Positions 19,052 to 29,534 of a stretch of 64,000 nt of DNA are shown here, one piece after another; positions within the stretch are counted from its first letter, which is position 1; the number at the start of each line of letters is the position of its first letter. This stretch comes from Minisyncoccota bacterium. Lineage in GTDB: Bacteria; Patescibacteriota; Minisyncoccia; UBA6257; 2-01-FULL-56-20. Location: positions 246 to 64,245 of the forward strand of contig DATCDU010000020.1 of assembly GCA_036510525.1 (NCBI GenBank). The letters are read 5' to 3'. The notes under the pieces are model-generated. The model was not told the origin of the DNA, searched no databases, and saw only the letters and a program-made list of their open reading frames with translations. A program made the translations under genes and the position numbers.

Positions 19052-19091
19052 ATTCTTCGACTGAGGTGCATCGTTCCCCTCCACCGACCGA

Positions 19092-19151
19092 CCCTCTGGG
19101 ACGCCCACGAAACCTCGCTCCATGGGATTCAAGTCCGAGGTGGGGAGCAAA
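19092..19151 (+). repeat. 60-bp direct repeat, copy 2
   Basis: See 17945-18004. Confidence 0.9.
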
Positions 19152-19152
19152 G

Positions 19153-19686
19153 ATGAAAATAGTATTTCTGAACACTTGGAACGGAAAAGTTCAGGATGGA
19201 ATATCCGACTTCATCAAAGAACAATCCACCGATACAGATGTTTTTTGTTTGCAAGAAGTATACGAGGAGATGAGACTACTCTGTAAAAAGCTTCTTCCGG
19301 ATTACAAAGAGGTCGTCGCGTATAAACGCATAGGCATAGAGAATGATTTTCCGCAGGCAACCTATTTAAAGAAAGGGTTACATCTACTATCTTCTGAAAT
19401 AGTGCTGGACAACCAGCCGGGCAAGGCCAATCCCAGCGACAAGAGTAGCTGGCAAAGTGGCGACCACCACCTACCGAAAAATGAGCGTAAGCTCTGGGGC
19501 GGGGCAATCGACGCCCATGGCCTGATTCTCTCTTTCACTGGCGCCCCCGAACTCGGCGATGAAGCCGCAATGCTCCTTGCTGCTGTGCGGATGGGGCTCC
19601 TTGATGAGGGTGAGGCGCTTGAGATCGCAACCATCAGCATCAATACGGTGTACACATCGGTCATTCGTTTATACCCCTACGAATGA
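19153..19686 (+). pseudogene. Chimera: endonuclease/exonuclease/phosphatase N-terminus fused to an unrelated fragment
   Basis: MKIVFLNTWNG..DVFCLQEV EEP start without GDFN/SDH motifs; switches near 19415 to GC-richer sequence (WGGAI..LSFTGAPELGDEA). Confidence 0.55.
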
Positions 19687-19832
19687 TCACCGGCGCCAAT
19701 GGCAACAATCTCACTACGAGGTTGTTGCCTATTTTTTTATCCTCTCTTTAAATAAGTTCGAACACTTTCCACGATTCGGAGTAGTCACTGATATAAGTTT
19801 ACGGACGGAATTTTAATTGATATACTGAACCC

Positions 19833-20051
19833 ATGCAAAAGATAGCCACCCGCGTATTCATCTATTCGTCGATTGTTTTTGGGATCATAGGGATCCTGGT
19901 GGTCTTCACGTTGCCCGGTACCGGCACCGATGCAGACAGCCCGTATTTCGGTATCCATATTCTCCTCATGAAGCTTTTGTTCGCGACCGTCTGTATCATA
20001 CTGCCCTCCTTCGCCTTGAGCATTGCGGGCAAGTATCTGAACGGCAAATAA
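19833..20051 (+). CDS. Small two-TM membrane protein
   Basis: Two hydrophobic helices; TATACT upstream. Confidence 0.7.
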   Translation: MQKIATRVFIYSSIVFGIIGILVVFTLPGTGTDADSPYFGIHILLMKLLFATVCIILPSFALSIAGKYLNGK

Positions 20052-20063
20052 TTCGCGGGGCAG

Positions 20064-20474
20064 ATGAAGAAACGCATTTCCAAATACACGCCGCGCGGGT
20101 ATAAGCTCTCGGTTCGGCGGGGCTTGAACGGCAAGGGGCTCTTCACTGAAGAAGATATCCCGAAGGGAGTCTGTGTTATTGAGTACGTTGGGCGTGTGGT
20201 CAGCCAGAAAGAGGCGGAGAATGACGAGGGCAGATATCTTTTCGACGTGAACGCGAAGAAAACGATCGACGGGAACATCCCCTCCAATCGGGCGCGATAC
20301 ATCAATCACTCCTGCAGGCCGAACTGCGAGGCCACCGGCCCGCACGACAAAGTGTTCATCTTTTCCCGCACGCGCATCAAGGCGGGAACCGAGCTCACCT
20401 ACGATTACGGAAAGGAATATTTCAATAAGTTCATCAAGCCGAAAGGTTGCCGATGCGAGAAGCACGGTGCCTGA
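20064..20474 (+). CDS. SET-domain protein
   Basis: GKGLF, ARYINHSCRPN, ELTYDYG, post-SET CRC. Confidence 0.93.
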   Translation: MKKRISKYTPRGYKLSVRRGLNGKGLFTEEDIPKGVCVIEYVGRVVSQKEAENDEGRYLFDVNAKKTIDGNIPSNRARYINHSCRPNCEATGPHDKVFIFSRTRIKAGTELTYDYGKEYFNKFIKPKGCRCEKHGA

Positions 20475-20485
20475 CGACCCATTAT

Positions 20486-21253
20486 ATGACCCCTCAGAAA
20501 ATAGGCATCACCCTTTTTGGATTATCGGTTCTCGCCATAGCGTTGTTGTTCGGTGTCGGCGGTAAAAAGGGGTTCAAGTCATTGATCTCGCTTGCGTTGA
20601 CGATCATCATATTGATGTCGGTGATCATCCCCTTGATAGCGAACGGCTATGATCCCGCCTGGGTCACCTTTATTGCCGCCATACCGATCACCGTCCTTAT
20701 TATTTATCTGACGGAGGGATTCACGGTCCTGTCGAACATTTCGATCGTCGCCATCCTCTTTAATTTTTCCCTCGTGAGCCTCCTCGCGTATTTTTCCATA
20801 TCGTTTGCAGGTTTCACCGGGGTCATTTCAGATGCGGCGAGCGTGGTCGGCGGAGAGGTCGGGATCAATCTTCAGTCCCTGCTCATTGCAGGGATCATGT
20901 TGGGCACCCTCGGCGCTATCATCGAGATGGTCGTGACCCAGGTGGCCACCGTCATCGAATTCATAGAAGCGTCTCCGCATGCGGATAAAAAATATATTTA
21001 TAAACAATCTTATAACGTCGGCGTTGCCCATCTTGGATCGATCATCAATACGCTCTTCCTTATCTATGCCGGGATCCTCCTGCCGTTGCTCATTGTTTCG
21101 ATAGGATCCCCCAACCCACTTTCCGAAATCATTGGCTATGAGCCGCTTTCCAGTGAGATCGTGAGGACCCTTGCCGGTACCATCGGCTTGATCATCGCCA
21201 TGCCGACCTCTACGTTCCTGGCAATATTCTGGCTGAAGAGGAAACATGAGTGA
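20486..21253 (+). CDS. YibE/F-family membrane protein
   Basis: GGKKGFKSLISL; GTLGAIIEM..Q; HLGSIINTLFLIYAG; EIVRTLAGTIGL. Confidence 0.85.
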   Translation: MTPQKIGITLFGLSVLAIALLFGVGGKKGFKSLISLALTIIILMSVIIPLIANGYDPAWVTFIAAIPITVLIIYLTEGFTVLSNISIVAILFNFSLVSLLAYFSISFAGFTGVISDAASVVGGEVGINLQSLLIAGIMLGTLGAIIEMVVTQVATVIEFIEASPHADKKYIYKQSYNVGVAHLGSIINTLFLIYAGILLPLLIVSIGSPNPLSEIIGYEPLSSEIVRTLAGTIGLIIAMPTSTFLAIFWLKRKHE

Positions 21254-23174
21254 GGTGCGAAGACGCGTACGCCAATATCTTCTTGCGCACTGGCTCCCCT
21301 TCGCGCTTATCGTTCTTTTTGTACTGCAAAATTATCTCTTTGACGTGTGGCTGAAGATCTATCCGAATACCAACCTCGGCAGCCTTATCGCCGGATCCGC
21401 AGGCCTTGCAATCATTCTTTTTGCTCCGGCGTTACTGTTTCGAAAACGAACCGGATATGTATATCTCGGCATCGCCTCGATCGTCGCCGCGCTTATCTTC
21501 GTCTCTCAATACCTCTACTACGCGTATTCGGGGGGCTTCCTGCAGGCTTCGTCACTTTTTTATGCAGGGCAAGGAACCGACGAAATTGCCACGATCATAA
21601 CGTTGCTCAATTATAATCTGCTGCTCTTTGTTCTGGGGCCCGTGCTCGTCCTCGTGCATTGGGTAGTGTGCCGCCGCAACCGGACGGAAGTCGTGAAACT
21701 TTCCCGGAAAAAGAAGGTTGTCATTGGCATTATCATCGTGCTTATCGCCGCGCTGTGTTATGGATATGTCTTCGGAAAAGAACGCATCCAAAACGGGAGC
21801 GACACTCAGCTTTATAACTACAACAGGGTCTACGATGTGAATCAGCTGGTGAGCAAGATCGGTATCGTAAATTTTTATATCGGCGACATCATTACCGCAA
21901 TCGCCGAAAACAACCAGATCACTCCCGCGGATGTGGCCTTTGTGCAATCATGGGTCAAACAGAAACCGCCGATGCCACCTCCCGGCAGCGATTTCGGGAT
22001 AGCAAAAGGGCGAAATCTTATTTTCATCCAAGTGGAATCGCTGGAGAACGCCGTCATCAACACAAAAATAAATGGTCAAGAAATAACGCCCAACCTGAAC
22101 GCGCTCGCGAGCGAAGGGCTTTATTTCCCCAACTATTATTCCGAAGTAGGCCCCGGCACCACCGCCGACGCGGAATTCACGACTTTGAATTCCCTCTATG
22201 CCCTGCCGGACCAGGTCGCTTTCATCTCCTATCCCGACGATACTTGTTCCGCATTGCCAAGCCTGCTAAAAAATAACGGGTACAGCACCTGTTCGCTCCA
22301 CGGTGATGTCGCGAGCTTCTGGAACCGCGCGAATATTTATCCAAACCTTGGATACCAACAATGGTTCAGCCGCCCGGACTTTGCCATCCCGCGGGACATC
22401 GGCGCTTTCGATCTGGGAGACGAGGACTTCTTTGATCAGGCCGCGCCCAAACTGGAGTCATTCCCTCAGCCCTTCATGGCCACGCTCATCACGTTAAGCT
22501 CGCATACCCCATTCCAAATACCGGCGGACCTTGAGACGCTCAACATCCCCTCTTCGACCAACCTCACGTGGATCCAATACCAATATTTGGAGAGTGTTCA
22601 CTATACCGATCAGGCCATCGGCAATTTTATCAATGAACTCAAGCAAGATGGTCTCTATAATAATTCGCTGATCGTCATTTACGGCGATCATAGTAGCTAC
22701 ACGGATATTGCGAGCGCTCTCGGAGTGAACAACACTCCCTTTTCCAATTTCAGCCTGCAGAACACGCAGGTTCCACTGATCATTCTTGAGCCCGGCTCGT
22801 CAACGTTGCCGAATAAGATAGACGAAACCCCGGGAAGCCATCTTGATCTCTATCCCACCGTAGCGGATATGCTCGGCGTCGCTCCGCCCTCCACGGTGCT
22901 CGGCCAGGATCTGCTCACCACCAAAACTCCGGTCGTGGTGGCACGCAATCTCGTATCGGGAACCGTGAATACGATCCTTACCAACGATCTCGCCTATCAG
23001 GCATCTCCCGACGGGATATACGCCGACGGCACGTGCATCACATTACCGAGCAAAGCGCCGCTTCCTGTAACGGCCTGCGCCGCCCTATATAACGATGAGT
23101 CGAGCACGGTAAAGGCATCCGACCTCATGATCGAAGGAAATATGATCGGAGGCATCGTCCATACATCGCCCTAA
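21246..23174 (+). CDS. LTA synthase family (sulfatase-fold) protein
   Basis: Five N-terminal TMs; NLIFIQVESLE, TTADAEF, LSSHTPF, YGDH. Confidence 0.9.
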   Translation: MSEVRRRVRQYLLAHWLPFALIVLFVLQNYLFDVWLKIYPNTNLGSLIAGSAGLAIILFAPALLFRKRTGYVYLGIASIVAALIFVSQYLYYAYSGGFLQASSLFYAGQGTDEIATIITLLNYNLLLFVLGPVLVLVHWVVCRRNRTEVVKLSRKKKVVIGIIIVLIAALCYGYVFGKERIQNGSDTQLYNYNRVYDVNQLVSKIGIVNFYIGDIITAIAENNQITPADVAFVQSWVKQKPPMPPPGSDFGIAKGRNLIFIQVESLENAVINTKINGQEITPNLNALASEGLYFPNYYSEVGPGTTADAEFTTLNSLYALPDQVAFISYPDDTCSALPSLLKNNGYSTCSLHGDVASFWNRANIYPNLGYQQWFSRPDFAIPRDIGAFDLGDEDFFDQAAPKLESFPQPFMATLITLSSHTPFQIPADLETLNIPSSTNLTWIQYQYLESVHYTDQAIGNFINELKQDGLYNNSLIVIYGDHSSYTDIASALGVNNTPFSNFSLQNTQVPLIILEPGSSTLPNKIDETPGSHLDLYPTVADMLGVAPPSTVLGQDLLTTKTPVVVARNLVSGTVNTILTNDLAYQASPDGIYADGTCITLPSKAPLPVTACAALYNDESSTVKASDLMIEGNMIGGIVHTSP

Positions 23175-23232
23175 CAAATTGACGAACTGGCATTTTGCTG
23201 CTATGCTTATGGAAAATAAACCAATCATAGAA

Positions 23233-23352
23233 ATGGCAAAACGAGGAACCTGGATAACGGGTCAGCGATCGCATTCTAAGAAAACGAAGAAGCGGCTTGA
23301 GGCGAAAAAAGTCATGTTGGCCGCAAAAGCAGCAAAGCGACGCAGCAAATAA
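23233..23352 (+). CDS. Small basic protein (39 aa)
   Basis: MAKRGTWITGQRSHSKKTKKRLEAKKVMLAAKAAKRRSK; promoter TTGACG-N17-TATGCT at 23179-23207. Confidence 0.55.
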   Translation: MAKRGTWITGQRSHSKKTKKRLEAKKVMLAAKAAKRRSK

Positions 23353-23364
23353 TCGCACATAACG

Positions 23365-24264
23365 ATGCCCACGAATAGAAAAATACGAAAAGCCATCATT
23401 CCGGCGGCAGGCTTCGGGACACGATTTTTACCGGCCACAAAAGCTCAGCCAAAAGAGATGCTGCCGGTCGTCGATAAACCGATCATCCAGTACGTGGTTG
23501 AAGACGCCGTCGCGGCGGGCATCGAGGACATCATCATCGTCACCGGATCCTTAAAGCGCAGCATTGAAGATCATTTCGATTATCCCTATGAACTCGAGCG
23601 GCGCCTGGAGGCTTCGGGAAAGACCGCAGAGCTGGATGAGATCCGCAAGATCGCCGATCTGGCAAACTTTTATTTCGTGCGACAAAAAGGCCCCGTCGGC
23701 AGTGCGACGGCCATTTGGAATGCGCGCGCGGTCATCGGCGATGAACCGTTCCTCGTGCTCTGGGGAGACGAATTCATGGACGCGACGCCCACCCGTTCAC
23801 AGCAATTGGTGAAGGCATTCGCGGAGTCCGACGCCGGCGTCATGCTCGCGAGCGTTACCAGAAACAGGCGCAGAGATTATGACCGGTATGGATATGCCAC
23901 GGGAAAAGAGATCAAGCCCGGGCTACTGGACGTCAAAGAGATCGTGGAGAAACCGGGCATGGGCAACATAGATTCGGATTACGCGATCATCGGCGGTTCT
24001 GTATATGAACCGGAAATGTTCAACGCCATCGAGGAAGCGATGAAACACCATGACCCGAGCAACGGGCGCGAACTGATCTATATCGATGCCATCAAGATCC
24101 TCCTCGAACGCGGTAAGCGATGCGAGGCCCTCAAGATCCTAAATGGCGAATTTTATGATTGCGGAAGCAAATTGGAATATCTTAAAGCGGTCGTCACGTT
24201 CGGCTTGCGGCATGAGGATCTGCGTGAGGACTTTGAGGCGTATATAAAAAGTTTGACGAAATAA
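23365..24264 (+). CDS. galU: UTP--glucose-1-phosphate uridylyltransferase
   Basis: KAIIPAAGFGTRFLPATKAQPKEMLP; VEKP; YDCG. Confidence 0.9.
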   Translation: MPTNRKIRKAIIPAAGFGTRFLPATKAQPKEMLPVVDKPIIQYVVEDAVAAGIEDIIIVTGSLKRSIEDHFDYPYELERRLEASGKTAELDEIRKIADLANFYFVRQKGPVGSATAIWNARAVIGDEPFLVLWGDEFMDATPTRSQQLVKAFAESDAGVMLASVTRNRRRDYDRYGYATGKEIKPGLLDVKEIVEKPGMGNIDSDYAIIGGSVYEPEMFNAIEEAMKHHDPSNGRELIYIDAIKILLERGKRCEALKILNGEFYDCGSKLEYLKAVVTFGLRHEDLREDFEAYIKSLTK

Positions 24265-24361
24265 AGAGTCGTGCACGATAGTGCCCGACTCTTTATTTAT
24301 TGGTATAATGGAAGAATATGAAGATTTCCGGGGTATATAACAAGGTATTGGGTGGGTAATC

Positions 24362-25642
24362 ATGAAAAAAATACTTTTAGCTTCCTTCTCAGCGGTGTTT
24401 GTGGCCGCGATCTTTACCGTAATGGCCGCGCGACAGCTTCCCGCTGCCTACGCACAGGCCATCGCCGCATCCACAAGTACGCCCACGAGCAGCAGTTCCC
24501 TGCAGGCCCAGCTTGACGCCAATAACGCGGCGATGGCTACCCTTAATGCTCAGATCGCCCAATATCAGGCGGAGCTTCAGCAGGTCGGCGCGAACAAGAA
24601 GACGCTCCAGGCAGCGATCAACTCGCTCGACCTCCAAAAGAACAAGGTACAGACGCAAATCACGCTCACGCAGACGCAGATCAAGAACACCCAGATCCAG
24701 ATCCAGCAGCTCGGTGGCGAGATCACAAACGCCCAACAAACGATCGCGTCTGAACAAACGGCGCTCGGGGCATATCTGCTCAGCTTGCAGAAGGCGGACG
24801 CCAAGCCGCTCATCCAGCAGATGCTCTCGTCCGGCGGCCTCGTGCAGTCGTGGAGCGACCTGAACCAAACATTGCAGATCCAAGAGGGCATCCAGAACGA
24901 GATGCAGACGCTCAAGTCGCAGGAAAGCACGCTTACCGATACGCAGACCGCTTCGGAACAGAAACAAAGCACGCTGACGGCGCAACAGCAATCGCTCACG
25001 GCACAACAGCAGTCGCTCGTCTCAACGGAGCAATCCAAGTCCCAGCTTTTGACCGAGACGAACGCGCAGGAGGCGACATACGAGAAGCTGCTCGCGGCGG
25101 CGAACGCACAGCTGAACAGCTTTTCGGCATTCGCTGCGGCCGCCGGCGGATCAAAACTGCTCGGCAATCAGACCATCTGCGATTCGTGGGGCTGTTATTA
25201 TAATCAGCGCGACAGTGCCTGGGGCAGTGATCCCCTCGACGGCACGAGTTACTCCATGGCAGCCGACGGATGCCTTGTTACCGCCATGGCGATGGTGCTC
25301 ACCCATTACGGCTACAAGGATGTGACGCCGGTCACGATCAATTCCAATCCGAACGATTTTGCGGCATACCAACCGGCATATTTATTGACGACCATCAACG
25401 TGGACGGCGTGACCGCGGCACGCAAGACCACTACCATTGACGCTACGCTCGCCACCGGCAATCCGGTGATCGTGGGCATCAATGCCTACGGCGGCACGCA
25501 CTTCGTGGTGCTCATAAGCGGCAGCAAAGGAAGCTATATTATGAAAGATCCGTACATTGTGGACGGCAATAATGTCAGTTTTACCTCGAAGTATACCATC
25601 AGAAGTATCTACGCGATCTCGAAGGTGATAATCGGCAGCTAA
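24362..25642 (+). CDS. Secreted coiled-coil protein with C-terminal C39-like peptidase domain
   Basis: Signal peptide, PcsB-like Gln-rich coiled coil, YYNQRD..W..GCLVTAMAM..HFVV..DP. Confidence 0.8.
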   Translation: MKKILLASFSAVFVAAIFTVMAARQLPAAYAQAIAASTSTPTSSSSLQAQLDANNAAMATLNAQIAQYQAELQQVGANKKTLQAAINSLDLQKNKVQTQITLTQTQIKNTQIQIQQLGGEITNAQQTIASEQTALGAYLLSLQKADAKPLIQQMLSSGGLVQSWSDLNQTLQIQEGIQNEMQTLKSQESTLTDTQTASEQKQSTLTAQQQSLTAQQQSLVSTEQSKSQLLTETNAQEATYEKLLAAANAQLNSFSAFAAAAGGSKLLGNQTICDSWGCYYNQRDSAWGSDPLDGTSYSMAADGCLVTAMAMVLTHYGYKDVTPVTINSNPNDFAAYQPAYLLTTINVDGVTAARKTTTIDATLATGNPVIVGINAYGGTHFVVLISGSKGSYIMKDPYIVDGNNVSFTSKYTIRSIYAISKVIIGS

Positions 25643-25651
25643 GCGGCCGCA

Positions 25652-26542
25652 TCATACGATCGCGCCGAGCGCGATTGTAATGAAAAGCACCACCATGACG
25701 ATGAGCGACAGGAAGAACATTTGACGTGCCCAACTTCGGTTTGCGTTGCTCGCGCTATCCGTTATCCAAAATCCCCGTAGTCCGTCCGCGAGCCACACAA
25801 GGCCGAGCACGAGTGCGATGACGAGATAGACAATTCCCGCATAACCGAACATAAAAAGCAGTGATGCGGCGAGCGCGAACTCTATGATGTAAATGAGCAT
25901 ACTGAACTTCGTGCGCCGGAGGCCGTTCTTGACCGGCATCACCGGGACTCCCGCAGCGGCGTAATCGTCATGCCGCCGGATCGCGATCGCAAAAAAATGC
26001 GGCATCTGCCACGCGAGCATGATGAGAAATAAGATCGCCGCCGCCATATCGATCCGCCCGCTCGCCGCGGCGTAACCGACCACCGGCGGCGTGGCGCCCG
26101 CGATCGCCCCGATGAACGTGCCGTATACGGAATTGCGTTTCCCCCACAGCGTATATACGCACACGTAGAAGATGAATCCCACGACCGCCGCAAGCGTGGC
26201 AAGAAGATTAGTGCACAGGATAAGAACGAGGAATCCGACAATGCCGAGCACGCTTGCAAAAACGAACGCGTCGCGCCCGGAGACGTGCGATTTGACGAGC
26301 GCGCGTTGCTTCGTGCGATCCATCTTTATATCAATATCGCGGTCGATATAGTTATTGAACACGCATCCCGATGCCATCACGAGGGCGATGCCGACAACGG
26401 TCGCGAGCAGCAACCCCCAGTTGATGGGTAATATACCGAGTATCCCGTGCACGATCCGTGCACCGAGCAAAAATCCCGCGATCACGGTGACGAGATTGCC
26501 GAACACCAATCCCGACTTAGTGAGTTCGTAATAATATTTCAT
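25652..26542 (-). CDS. cyoE: Heme O synthase
   Basis: NNYIDRDID.KM.RTK.R; GATPP; WQMPHF. Confidence 0.95.
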   Translation of the reverse strand: MKYYYELTKSGLVFGNLVTVIAGFLLGARIVHGILGILPINWGLLLATVVGIALVMASGCVFNNYIDRDIDIKMDRTKQRALVKSHVSGRDAFVFASVLGIVGFLVLILCTNLLATLAAVVGFIFYVCVYTLWGKRNSVYGTFIGAIAGATPPVVGYAAASGRIDMAAAILFLIMLAWQMPHFFAIAIRRHDDYAAAGVPVMPVKNGLRRTKFSMLIYIIEFALAASLLFMFGYAGIVYLVIALVLGLVWLADGLRGFWITDSASNANRSWARQMFFLSLIVMVVLFITIALGAIV

Positions 26543-26554
26543 GATGGTCAGTCC

Positions 26555-26923
26555 TTAGAATCCATCCTGACTTTGAATGTAGGTGTTCATGTCCGCTGGC
26601 GATGCCATCATATTGTAGTTCAGATGGTTCATGATCCAGATGGAGCCGACGACCACGATGAGGATGATGCCCACGGCGGAGACGAGCGCGCCAAGCTTCC
26701 AGCGCGGCCCGGATTCGTCTGCGAGGTGCATGAAAAATATGAGCTGGACAAAAAGCTGGACGATCGCGAGGGCAAGCAGGATGCCGATGAGCATATCCGG
26801 CGTGAACATCGCGCGGCTGGAACTGCCAGAACTGATATAGGCCGAGACGAGCCATGCTGCCCCGAGCGTGAGCACGAGTGAAAGCACGAATCCGGTGATG
26901 TATGACTTGAGTGAAGCTTTCAT
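26555..26923 (-). CDS. cyoD: Cytochrome bo3 oxidase subunit IV
   Basis: YITGFVLSLVLT; QLFVQLIFFMH; GSIWIMNHLNYNM. Confidence 0.93.
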   Translation of the reverse strand: MKASLKSYITGFVLSLVLTLGAAWLVSAYISSGSSSRAMFTPDMLIGILLALAIVQLFVQLIFFMHLADESGPRWKLGALVSAVGIILIVVVGSIWIMNHLNYNMMASPADMNTYIQSQDGF

Positions 26924-26927
26924 TGGT

Positions 26928-27539
26928 TTACATTATTCCCATAAGATAGACCGTCGTAAAGATGAATATCCAGACGATATCGAGGAAGTGCCAGAAGAGT
27001 GTGAAGCGATCCAGCTTTGAGACGACGCTCGGCGTAAGCCCCTTCACTTTGAGCTGCACGATCGCGACCGCGATCCAGAGCAGGCCAACGGCAATGTGAA
27101 GACCATGCGTTCCAACGAGCGTGAAGAACGCGGAAAGGAACGCGCTCCTCTGCCAGCTCGCGCCGGCGCTCATGAACCGCGAGAACTCACTGAGCTCCAG
27201 AGTGAGGAACGTTGCGCCGAGCATGAACGTGACGGCAAGCCACGCGATCGTCTGGTTCAATTTCTTCGACCACGCGGCGAGCGTGGCGAGTCCGCACGTG
27301 AAGCTTGAGGTGAGCAGCACGATCGTATTCGTAAGCGCCGTCGAGAGACTAAAAAGATCGTTGGACGATGGGCCACCGAACGTGCTCGCCTTGAGCACAT
27401 AATATACCGCGAACAGCACGCCGAAGATCACGAGATCGGTCATTAGATAGACCCAGAATCCGAATGCGTGTCTATCGGCTTGGGCAGCTTGGGCGGCGGT
27501 TGCGTTGGTCTCGTTCATCTTTTCCATTATTTTTTCCAT
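26928..27539 (-). CDS. cyoC: Cytochrome bo3 oxidase subunit III
   Basis: GFWVYLMTD; LVGTHGLH; FWHFLDIVW. Confidence 0.95.
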   Translation of the reverse strand: MEKIMEKMNETNATAAQAAQADRHAFGFWVYLMTDLVIFGVLFAVYYVLKASTFGGPSSNDLFSLSTALTNTIVLLTSSFTCGLATLAAWSKKLNQTIAWLAVTFMLGATFLTLELSEFSRFMSAGASWQRSAFLSAFFTLVGTHGLHIAVGLLWIAVAIVQLKVKGLTPSVVSKLDRFTLFWHFLDIVWIFIFTTVYLMGIM

Positions 27540-29530
27540 GCCAGTGTTTCCATTTTCTCGACCTCCGCGGCGGGGATCACATATTCCGTATCATCATCAA
27601 ACGAACGGATGATGACGCACGCGATGCAGCCCACGAACCCAAGTGCCATGAGCCAGATGATGTGCCACACCGCGCCGAACGAGAACAGGAAGAAGAATCC
27701 GGAAAGATAGATCGCCATGCCCGTGTTCTTGGACAACTCAATGTCTTCGTACTCCGTGCGCGCGGTGGCGCGCGGCCACTCCCCTCGTTTCTTCATCTCC
27801 CAAAACGCGTCACGGCTGTCCGCCTCCGGCTTTTTTGCAAAATCATAGAATGGCACCGGCGATGACGTTGCCCACTCAAGCGTGCGGCCGTCCCACGGGT
27901 CGCCCGTCGTGTCCATGTTGTCCTTGCGCTCGCGCACGCTCACGACCACCTGCCACACCTGCATGAGCACGCCGGCAGCGATGATGCAGACGCCGATGCC
28001 GGCGGTGATGAAAAATGGCTGATAGCCGGTCGCGGTAGCGTAGTAATCAAGCCGGCGTGTGGCGCCCATGAACCCCAATATATAGAGTGGCGTGAACGAC
28101 ACAAAGAATCCCACGATCCACAACCAGAACGCGCGGCGGCCGATCTTTTCGTTCAATTTGAACCCCATGATCTTGGGGAACCAGTATGTGATGCCGGCGA
28201 ATATGCCGAAAAGCGCGGCGCTCACGATCATGGTGTGGAAGTGCGCCACGAGGAAGAGCGAGTTGTGCAGCTCAAAGTCCGCGCCCGGGATGGAAAGCAG
28301 TACGCCCGCCATGCCGCCGAACGTGAACAAGCTCACGAATCCCATGAAATACATCATCGGCGTCGTGAAGCGGATGCGCCCGCGGAACATTGTGGCGATC
28401 CAGTTGAAGATCTGCACCGCCGTCGGAATGGCGATGATCCCCGTCATGATGCCGAAGAACGCGTCCACGTCCGCGCCGGCACCCATCGTAAAGAAGTGGT
28501 GCAGCCACACCATGAACGAGAGCAGGGTGATGCAAATCACGGCGCATACCATGGAGACGTATCCGAATATTTTCTTGCCGGAGAACGTGGCGACGATCTC
28601 CGAAAATATTCCGAACGCGGGGATTACGAGGATGTACACCTCCGGATGGCCCCACATCCAGATGAGGTTCACGTAGAGCATCGGATTGCCGCCGGCCGTC
28701 GTCGTAAAGAAATGCATACCGAAGAAGCGATCATACCAGAGCAGTAGGGTCGTGATGGTGAGCACCGGGAACGCGGCGACCACGAGCGCCATACTGCAGA
28801 GCGACGTCCAGGTGAAGAGCGGCATCTTCATCAGCGTCATCCCCTTTACGCGCATCTTGATGATTGTCACGATGAAGTTGATGCCACCGAGCAACGATCC
28901 GAGGCCGGAGAGCTGTAAGCTCCATATCCAATAGTCCACGCCGGTGCCCGGGCTGTACATGATCTCCGAAAGCGGGGGCAACGACAGCCATCCCGACGCG
29001 GCGAACTCGCCGCCGATTACGAAGAACATATTGATGAACACCGCGCCCGCCACGTAGAGCCAGAACCCGAGCGAGTTGAGGAACGGGAACGCGAGGTCCC
29101 GCGCGCCGATCTGCAGCGGCACGATCAGGTTCATGAGGCCAAAGAAGAACCCCATCGTCACAAAGAACACCATGATATCGCCATGCGACGTGAAGATCTG
29201 CTGGAAGTGGCTCGCGTCAAGGTAGCCGCTTGGAGCGCCGAGGTAGCCCGGGGCGTTGCCGACGGAGATCGATTGCTGCAGCCAGATCATCATTGCGTCC
29301 AATCCCCCGCGGAAGAGCATAACCGACGCCATCACGATGTACATGATCCCGATCTTCTTCGGGTCCGTCGAAGTGAACCACTCCTTCCAGAGCCATTTCC
29401 ATTTTTTGTAATACGTGATGACCGCCATAACGACGATCCCGCCGACAAAAATGGTCCCCGTCGCGCCGATCGTATACCACGCGTGCGGGAGCGCTGCCCA
29501 GGTGAGATCTCCAAGAATAAAGTGGGTCAT
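27527..29530 (-). CDS. cyoB: Cytochrome bo3 ubiquinol oxidase subunit I
   Basis: WGHPEVY, WLHHFF, AHFH; quinol-site R..D (FRGGLD) and H..Q (SHFQQ). Confidence 0.97.
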   Translation of the reverse strand: MTHFILGDLTWAALPHAWYTIGATGTIFVGGIVVMAVITYYKKWKWLWKEWFTSTDPKKIGIMYIVMASVMLFRGGLDAMMIWLQQSISVGNAPGYLGAPSGYLDASHFQQIFTSHGDIMVFFVTMGFFFGLMNLIVPLQIGARDLAFPFLNSLGFWLYVAGAVFINMFFVIGGEFAASGWLSLPPLSEIMYSPGTGVDYWIWSLQLSGLGSLLGGINFIVTIIKMRVKGMTLMKMPLFTWTSLCSMALVVAAFPVLTITTLLLWYDRFFGMHFFTTTAGGNPMLYVNLIWMWGHPEVYILVIPAFGIFSEIVATFSGKKIFGYVSMVCAVICITLLSFMVWLHHFFTMGAGADVDAFFGIMTGIIAIPTAVQIFNWIATMFRGRIRFTTPMMYFMGFVSLFTFGGMAGVLLSIPGADFELHNSLFLVAHFHTMIVSAALFGIFAGITYWFPKIMGFKLNEKIGRRAFWLWIVGFFVSFTPLYILGFMGATRRLDYYATATGYQPFFITAGIGVCIIAAGVLMQVWQVVVSVRERKDNMDTTGDPWDGRTLEWATSSPVPFYDFAKKPEADSRDAFWEMKKRGEWPRATARTEYEDIELSKNTGMAIYLSGFFFLFSFGAVWHIIWLMALGFVGCIACVIIRSFDDDTEYVIPAAEVEKMETLAWKK

Positions 29531-29534
29531 GTTT

